Shown here piece after piece: positions 56,501-64,000 of a stretch of DNA of 64,000 bases (positions are counted from its first letter, which is position 1; each line of letters starts with the position of its first letter). The stretch comes from Antechinus flavipes (Eukaryota). Where the stretch lies: the NCBI RefSeq assembly GCF_016432865.1, contig NC_067398.1, forward strand, positions 312,170,001 through 312,234,000. Direction: 5' to 3'. The position numbers and the translations under genes were made by a program. The notes under the pieces were generated by a model. That model did not search any database and was not told the DNA's origin. It was given only the letters and a program-made list of their open reading frames with translations.

Positions 56501-59266
56501 CTACTCTTGCAGCTGCTCGCCGCTGCTGTTGGAACCCCTGCTGGAAGCCCTGGTAGGCGGCAGGGCAGTCCCGTCCATAGATACCCCTAAAATATCCATC
56601 TCCTTGCCCTTGGAACAGCTATACTCCCAGGTGGACCATCGAGGCTGGGGAGAAAGGTTGTCCTCTCCTTAGTAATGACAGGCCTGCTTCAGTCACCTTG
56701 ACATTTGGTCTTACTTTGTAATAGTGACAACTAGATCTTGAGGAAATTCTGATCTGGGAGAAGTCAGGGCTCAAACACTCCCCTCCCCTCCCCCCGCTCC
56801 ACACCTATTGCCTTCCCCACTCTAATCAGGATTGTTTCCTTTGGAGAAGTTTTACTCCACTGATTAATCTCTAGACAGTTAGGTGACCATTTGTCTACAA
56901 CAGTGAGCATTGGGGAAGTTGGATCAGGGTGACTAGGCAGAGGAGATGGATGCAAAATGGGAGCAGGATTAAAGAGTAGAAATGGTCAAGGAGCAGAGTA
57001 CAGGAAAGTCATGTGACAATGTTGGGGGGAAAGGAGAACAAGCTAACAGTGTTAAGGTGATAAATTTGTGTGTTCTTCCCAGGTCCCTTCTCCGTGCCAT
57101 GGCTATCTATTTCTGCTTGGGCTCTCACAGCCACTCAGACCTTCTACTCCACAGGCCATCAACCTGTCTTTCCAGCTATCCACTGGAATGCTGCCTTTGT
57201 GGGCTTCCCTGAAGGGCATGATTCATCCCCTGTGCTGCCCGCTCTGCTCGTAGGGGCCAACACCTTTGCCTCCCACCTTCTTTTTTCAGGTATCTCATCC
57301 CCCAACCTCCATTCCGTCTCCTGAGACTAAGACTCTAGAAGGGAGTGGTGGTAGTTTCCACCTGAGTGGGGGAAGGGAAGAAATTTACTGTTTCCTTTGA
57401 TCTCAGTTGCTCAGTGTGTAAGACTTTGGCCGAGGCATCATGAGACACTGGCCCCTTGGCACCTTTTGTTAGAGAGAAGGGTCCTCCTTTGTGAAGTCCC
57501 TAATCTGGTCTCATTAAAGCACAGAATTAAGTCAGGATGGGGCTGTCCTATGGGAATCGAGACTTGTTCTTGGAACCTAAGGTAACCTCAGACCTATTTC
57601 CCCTCACCCCCGGAGGCAGTTGGCTGCCCACTGCTCTTGCTCTGGCCCTTTGTGTGTGAGGGCCAAGGCTCTACAAAGAAGAAAAAGTCCCTGACCAGTG
57701 GGGCTGAGGAGGAGGGAGAGAAGGAGGAGCCATTGATGGAGATGCGTCTCCGGGATGCCCCTCACCATTTCAATGCTGCTCTACTACAGCTGGGCCTCAA
57801 GTACCTCTTCATCCTGGGTATACAGGTGGGTATGATTAACTTGATATGGCTGGGAATTTCAAGGGAGGGAAGTTGAAGGGTTAGTCATTTTAAACTTGTA
57901 TATACCATTTTACAATTTTTTTTTTTATAATCTGTTGGTGTTTTGGGGGGAGGGAGGGAGGGAGGATCACACTGTCACTTCCCAATGACTTCCTAAAATA
58001 AGTACCACCAAACAAAACAAATCAACATCTGCTAAGTGAGAGGAGACATGCTTCACTCTCAGTCACCTCAGTTTTCCAAGCTCATTGAAATACCTTTTCT
58101 CATTTGGTTCCACAGTCCTATATAAAAAGACCAAAATAATTTTTTCCAACTTAGAGGTAAGGAAACTGAGGCCCATGTTATTTCTCCAGGAATGCATATT
58201 GAATCACTGGTAGAATGGAGACTACAACACATATCTCTTGGCTCTGCTTCCAATTCCTTTTGTACCACACCACGATCCAGACCCAACTAATGATGTTCAA
58301 CTGACCAAGGAAACCCGATGTAATCCATATCCCCAAGGGATGGAAATACACATTTTTCACTCAATTTTTTCCCAGTGTGAGGGAGCAGTAATTTGTTTAG
58401 CCTTACCCTCAAGGAAGGTGGGGAGCTCTGAGCACTAGAGACAAGAAATTGCAGAATTTTAATAGAACTTTCGGAATGACCATTTTCTCCATGAAGTAGC
58501 TATGGTTCATGTAGTTAAATGACTTGCCTGAGATCATACAGCAAGTTAGTAGACAAGTCAGGAGTAGAATCTGGACCCACAAGAGTACCGAGCTGTGTTC
58601 TTTCTGTCACACATGCCTCTGCTCTTCTCCTCATCCTCAGAGTTTTCCTCTCATCTTTCTCTGCCTCTTCATACACCATCCCTTTCTCCCCCTTCTCATC
58701 CCTCCTCATCCTCACTCTTCTTTTCCTCATTCCTTCTTTCCCTCTAGGTCTTAGCCTGTGTTCTGGCAGCTTCCGTACTCAGGAGACATCTCATGGTCTG
58801 GAAGGTGTTTGCTCCCAAGTGAGTAACTGTTTTCAATCAGGGGAGGGATGTAGGGTGGATGGGGTCCAGAGTTAAATGAGAAGTTGAATGGATGCTTTTT
58901 GATTTGGGTATCAATCTGCTTAGACACAAAGTAAAAGGGAAGTAGAGAGGTATCTTCTGGAAAAGGGTTGGTAGTGACCTGGTGAATTAGGAGTTTGTAT
59001 GTTCTCCCAGAGTGTTAAAGTAAGGAGTGGGAGAGAGTGGGCGGAAAAGGCTAGCCTCCAGTGAATCTTAACAGTTTGTATTAATGTTCCACCACCATAC
59101 TACAGCATCCTAATGCCCCTGCCTCTCTGCTTGTAGGTTCATCTTTGAAGCTGTGGGTTTTGTGGTGAGCAGCGTAGCCCTCCTTCTGGGTGTGGCACTG
59201 GTCATGTGGGTAGACAGAGCTGTGGGATCCTGGTTCAAGCAGCTCATTCTATCCCAAGAGAGGTAG
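50540..59266 (+). CDS. PIGO: GPI ethanolamine phosphate transferase 3, 1081 aa; exons 50540-51038, 52770-52913, 53249-53372, 54073-54232, 54591-54770, 55028-56552, 57083-57289, 57620-57825, 58748-58818, 59137-59266
   Basis: [24 protein letters not shown] start; alkaline-phosphatase-superfamily motifs [32 protein letters not shown]; multipass hydrophobic exon 7; [17 protein letters not shown] introns; 3246 nt in frame. Confidence 0.96.
51730..51930. mobile_element. hAT-Charlie MITE (Charlie4z-like), opposite orientation
   Basis: attggtttcctttgtaaatcctatg...atgcatttaaaaacattattctgagaa. Confidence 0.55.
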
Positions 59267-59782
59267 CTTTGGTCACATGATCTTGGGGCCAATCTCACCT
59301 CACACCCCCAAGGCAAGTGAGCCCTGGGTTCATCTCTCCATAGCTTGTCCTTCAGTTCTAGAATTGAGACAACCTGCTGAGCAGGACCTCTGGCTAGGAC
59401 TTGACCCTGGACTGCGTCTTGTATTCCAGACAGCGTGTGTACCCTACTCTCAGGGGGTTTGTAGCAATGGGTTACACACTTGTGGAGCCAGATGGTAGCA
59501 GACTTTATTAAGGTGTTCAAATTCAGGATTGAAGGGAGGCAGAGGACTCGGGTCTATGCTGAAATTGTCTCTCCTCTGGAGGGATTGGAGGCTGGCCAAG
59601 CAGCTGCATAGAAGCATTGGGCTTGACTCTGTTCTTTCCATTAATTTTCTCATCCGAGCCTGACTGAGCAAAATGACTCTGTCTCTTCCTAAATGACGAT
59701 GGGTTAAGTGAACTTGAGGCACTGGAGAAATCTAGGGTGGGGCCTGGTGGGGGAAATGAGCTGCTTTGTGTGCCCAGAATGA

Positions 59783-59788
59783 AATAAA
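59783..59788 (+). terminator. PIGO polyadenylation signal AATAAA
   Basis: AATAAA followed by GU-rich tgtgtttgtgtg. Confidence 0.6.
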
Positions 59789-61182
59789 ACACTGGAGAAA
59801 TGTGTTTGTGTGAAAGAAAGAGATGCTGGAGGGAAGAAACCCCTATCTTGTGGGATAGGACTTTGTGGGGGAGAAATATTGTTTATAATCAGTTTCTGTC
59901 CTGTTCCACTCAGCTTCTCACATGCCATATTCTAATATATTCTTCCAAGTTTGATACTCTTCATTCCCTTCAAATCAGTAAATCTGCTTACTATTTATGC
60001 CCCGTCTGAGCACCATGTGAGGTTATATTATGGATATCACAAAAGAATGAGTCCTCTCTCTTTAGGAGCTTCCTATTTTGAAGGGGGAAGAGGACTGGAG
60101 ATAGGAGTGCATCCTGAGTGAGGGAATAAGAATCACAGAATTTGAGAATAACTAGAGCCTGTTTGTATGATTGAGTCTCTTTCACAGAGAGTCAGATGCA
60201 GAGACACAGAGTCTCTTTTGTTTGACCTAGGGTAAATAACTTCCCAATGTTCCTGAATTTCCTCATCTTTAAAATGACAGAATGGCTGGTTGCTAAAGTC
60301 TCATGTCTCCAAATATGTGATTTTAGGATAACCTTCCTAAAAACTTACTTAAAACTTAGTCTTCATTAACTCCCTATTGTAAATTCCTCAAAACACTCCA
60401 CCATCTAGCTACAACTTGTCTCTTTGTCTTGTTCCCAATTCAGTCATTCAAATGTGTCTACTGTGCAAAAAACTACAAAAGGTACATGAGGATTAAATAA
60501 TGTATGGAGGGGCAGAAAACAAGTATTTATTAACCATCTACACAAAAACCTATGCAAAAGCATTAGTAAAGCACTATGCTAGGAGCTTTACAAATACTAT
60601 ATCATTTGATCCTCATAATGATTCTGGGAGGTATAGGTGCTGTTATTTCATTTTTACAGTTGAGGAAACTGAGGCAGACATGTAAAACAGTTTGCTCAGG
60701 GTCACACAACTAGTAAATATTTTAAGCTAGATTTAAATTCGGGTCTTCCTGACTCTAGCCCCAGTATTTTATCTGTTTGTACTACCTAGCTGATGAAGAA
60801 ACTGAGACCCAGAGAGTTAAGTTGATTTAGTTAAACTGGAATTCATGCTATTCCCATGAATAAGAGAAGTATGGATTAGACTACCAGACAATTAGGTAAA
60901 TTTGGAATTGACTTAATGACTGAGCTAAAAAGAATAGTTGATTAATGGAATGGTGTCAATTAGAAGGGATGTCTATGGTGGAGCATTCCAGGGATCTATC
61001 CTTATCCTGCCTGCACTGTTCAACATTTCTTTAAATTGTATGGGTGATGGTGACATGCTTATTAAATTTTCAGACAATAGAAATTTGAAATAATTAACAT
61101 TAGATCACAGTCAAAATCCAAAAATTATCTTTGGTCCTGCATCTCAAAATGTAGGGAATAGTATGAAAATTCAAGAAAGAAG

Positions 61183-61327
61183 TAAAAGTTATATTTCTAT
61201 CCTTGCTATCTAGGGGAGGGAGTGGGAGGAAGGGAGGGGAAATTGGAACAAAGGTTTTGTAAGGGCTAATGTTAAAGAATTGTCCACGCATATGTTTTGA
61301 AAAATAAAAAGCTTTTAAAAATAAAGG
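61183..61327 (+). mobile_element. Short L1 3' end
   Basis: atctaggggagggag...aaattggaacaaaggttttg...aataaaaa; same 3'UTR family as the other L1 copies. Confidence 0.7.
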
Positions 61328-61344
61328 GAAAGAAGATGGCCTGG

Positions 61345-61520
61345 AGTAGGAATTCTTAATTTGTTTTGTTACAGACCACTAGCCATCTGATGTAGCTTAT
61401 GAACTCCTCAGAATAATGTCTTTAAATGCATAAAACAAAAAAAAACCAAGTTATATTGAAATGCAGCAATAAAAAAATTTCAAAAAACAGATTCATGGAC
61501 CCTAGGTTAAGAATTCCTGG
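61345..61520. mobile_element. hAT-Charlie MITE (Charlie4z-like)
   Basis: ctcagaataatgtctttaaatgcataaaa...catggaccctaggttaagaattcctg, with TIR-like ends. Confidence 0.55.
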
Positions 61521-61882
61521 CCCCAGGACTCAACCTTTTGCCTTCTTCAGCTTTTTATAGGACCTTTTTATTGGAGTACTATAAACCCATAGATTGGCCG
61601 CCCTAGATTGGTAGTGTGATAGGAGAGAGGCAGCTATGCCAACCAAACCAGAACCTTAAGAGGGTGTGAATATTGGCCATATTCTTGGTCAGTGTTCTCT
61701 AATGGGATCCATAGGAAGGGAAGGTTACCTGACTCTTTTATTGCGATCTTACACATTGTGACATTTTAGGGGCTCAAGGGACATGGTTAAAAGAAGGAAT
61801 GTTGGTGCTTTTTTGTGTGCTGAACATGCCTGCATTGTACTGAAATGGAAAATTTGATAGTGTTCTCAAAATCTCTAGTCTT

Positions 61883-63914
61883 TTTATTATTATTATCATT
61901 ATAGGTTTTTGTTTATAAGATATATGTATGGGTAATTTTTCAGGATTGACAATTGCAAAACCTTTTGTTCCAATTTTTCCCCTCTTTCCCCCCACCCCCT
62001 CCCCCAGATGGCAGGTTGACCAATACATGTTAAATATGTTAAAGTATATGTTAAATACAATATATATACACATGTCCATACAGTTATTTTGCTGTACAAA
62101 AAAATCAGACTTTGAAATAGTGTACAATTAATCTGTGAAGGAAATAAAAAATGCAGGCGGACAAAAATAGAGGGATTGGGAATGCTATGTAGTGATTCAT
62201 ACTCATTTCCCAGAGTTCTTTCTCTGGGTGTAGCTGGTTCAATTCATTACTGCTCTATTAGAACTGATTTGGTTCATCTTGTTGTTGAAGAGAGCCACTT
62301 CCATAAGAATCATCCTCATATAATATTGTTGTTGAAGTATATAATGATCTGGTCCTGCTTATTTTGCTCAGCATCAGTTCATGTAAGTCTCTCCAGGCTT
62401 TTCTGAAATCATCCTGCTGGTCATTTCTTATAGAACAATAATATTCCATAATATTCATATACCACAACTTATTCAGCCATTCTCCAATTGATGGGCATCC
62501 ACTCAGTTTCCAGTTTCTGGCCATTACAAAAAGGGCTGCCACAAACATTCTTGCACATACAAGGGTCCTTTTCCCTTCTTTAAAATCTCTTTGGGAAATA
62601 AGCCCAGTAGGAACACTGCTGGGTCAAAGGGTATGCACAGTTTGATAACTTTTTGAGCATAGTTCCAAATTTTTCTCCAGAGTGGCTGGATGTATTCATA
62701 ATTCCACCAACAATGTATCATCAGTGTCCCAGTTTTCCCACATCCCCTCCAACATTCCACATTGTCTTTCCTTGTCATTCTAGCCAATCTGACAGGTGTG
62801 TAGTGGTATCTCAGTTGTCTTAATTTGCATTTCTCTGATTAATAATGACTTGGAGCATCTTTTCATGTGGCTTGAAATAGTTTCAATTTTATTATCAGAG
62901 AATTGTCTGTTCATGTCCTTTGACTATTAATTGGAGAATGGCTTGATTTCTTATAAATTCTTATAAAAATCACAATAAAAACGTAGTATATATTTTAGAA
63001 ATGAGGCCTTTATCAGAATCTTTGGCTGTAAAAATGTTTTCCCAGTTTGTTGCTTCTCTTCTAATCATGTCTGCATTAGTTTTGTTTGTACAAAACCTTT
63101 TCAGTTTGATATAATCAAAGTTTTCTATTTTGTAATCAATAATGATCCCTGGTTCTTCTTTGGTTACAAATTCCTTCCTCTTCCACAGGTCTGAAAGGTA
63201 AACTACCTGTGTTCTTCTAATTTATTTATAATCTCATTCTTTATGCCTAAGTCATGAACCCATTTTGCACTTATCTTGGTGTACAGTATTAAGTGTGGGT
63301 CGATGCTTAGTTTCTGCCATACTAATTTCCAATTTTCCCAGCAGTTTTTGCCAAAAAGTGAATTATTATCCCAAAAGCTAGGGTCTTTGGGTTTTGTCAA
63401 ACACTAGATTGTTAAAGTTATTGACTAGTTTGTCCTTTGAATCTAACCTATTCCACTACTAGTCTATTTCTTAGCCAGGACCAAATAGTTTTGGTGACTG
63501 CTGCTTTATAATATAATTTTAGATCTGATACAGCTAGGCCACTTCCATTTGATTTTTTTTTTTCATTAGTTCCCTTGAAATTCTTGACCTTTTGTTTTTT
63601 CATATGAACTTTGTTATTTTTTCTAGATCATTAAAATAGTTTTTTGGGAGTCTGATTGCTATAGCGCTAAATAAATAGATTAGTTTAGGCAGTATTGTCA
63701 TCTTTATTATATTTGTTCGCCCTATCCAAAAGCATTTAATATTTTTCCAATTGGTTAGACCTGACTTTATTTGTGTGGAAAGTGTTTTGTAGTTTTGCTC
63801 ATATAGTTCCTGATTTTTCCTTGGCAGATAGATTCCCAAATATTTTATACTATTGGTAATTACTTTAAGTGGAATTTCTCTTTGTAACTCTAACCGTTGG
63901 ATTTTGTTAGTCAC
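61883..63914 (-). mobile_element. 5'-truncated LINE-1 (~2 kb; degraded ORF2 C-terminal half plus 3'UTR and tail) with 13-bp TSD AATCTCTAGTCTT (61870-61882, 63915-63927)
   Basis: ORF2 peptides KYLGIYLP, GRTNIIKMTILPKLIYLF, CWRGCGKTGTLMIHCWW; G-rich 3'UTR; perfect flanking direct repeat. Confidence 0.93.
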
Positions 63915-64000
63915 AATCTCTAGTCTTAAAATGCACTAAATATGTCTTTACCAGCTCAGTCAATTGCAGCCCTCCCTGGGATTATGAGACAAATCATTAC

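Noticed and set aside
59690-59730. ATGA...GA motif in the PIGO 3'UTR resembling a SECIS core
   Set aside because: No convincing stem or apical AA loop, and PIGO has no in-frame UGA.
59800-64000. Absence of FANCG after PIGO
   Set aside because: The window ends ~4 kb after the PIGO poly(A) signal, half of it L1; FANCG may simply lie beyond the edge.

Overview
Marsupial genomic DNA, probably an Australian dasyurid (inferred from WSINE1/MAR1-type CORE-SINEs and marsupial L1 3' ends), syntenic to the human 9p13.3 block UNC13B<- ->ATOSB(FAM214B)->STOML2->PIGO. Genes were identified from remembered human protein sequences, not a database search. Contents: the 22-nt first coding exon and CpG island of UNC13B (- strand, ~6.1 kb); ~17 kb of repeat-rich intergenic DNA; ATOSB (+, two CpG-island promoters, 7 coding exons, 537 aa); STOML2 (+, 10 canonical exons, 356 aa); PIGO (+, 10 coding exons, 1081 aa); and a 2-kb 5'-truncated L1 with target-site duplications at the right end. 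The strongest anomaly is an apparently identical 798-bp tandem array (A-B-A-B-A, 45277-47108) that duplicates the in-frame 129-nt STOML2 exon 9. It is either a very recent exon duplication or an assembly artefact. Other leads: a chain of coupled uORFs in the ATOSB leader, a 182-codon open frame split by a young L1, an exact 108-bp copy of UNC13B-upstream sequence 1.66 kb away, a Tc2/pogo-like transposon end, and RFX X-box clusters. No RNA genes or CRISPR arrays are supported, and nothing here can be called a new biological system on sequence alone.
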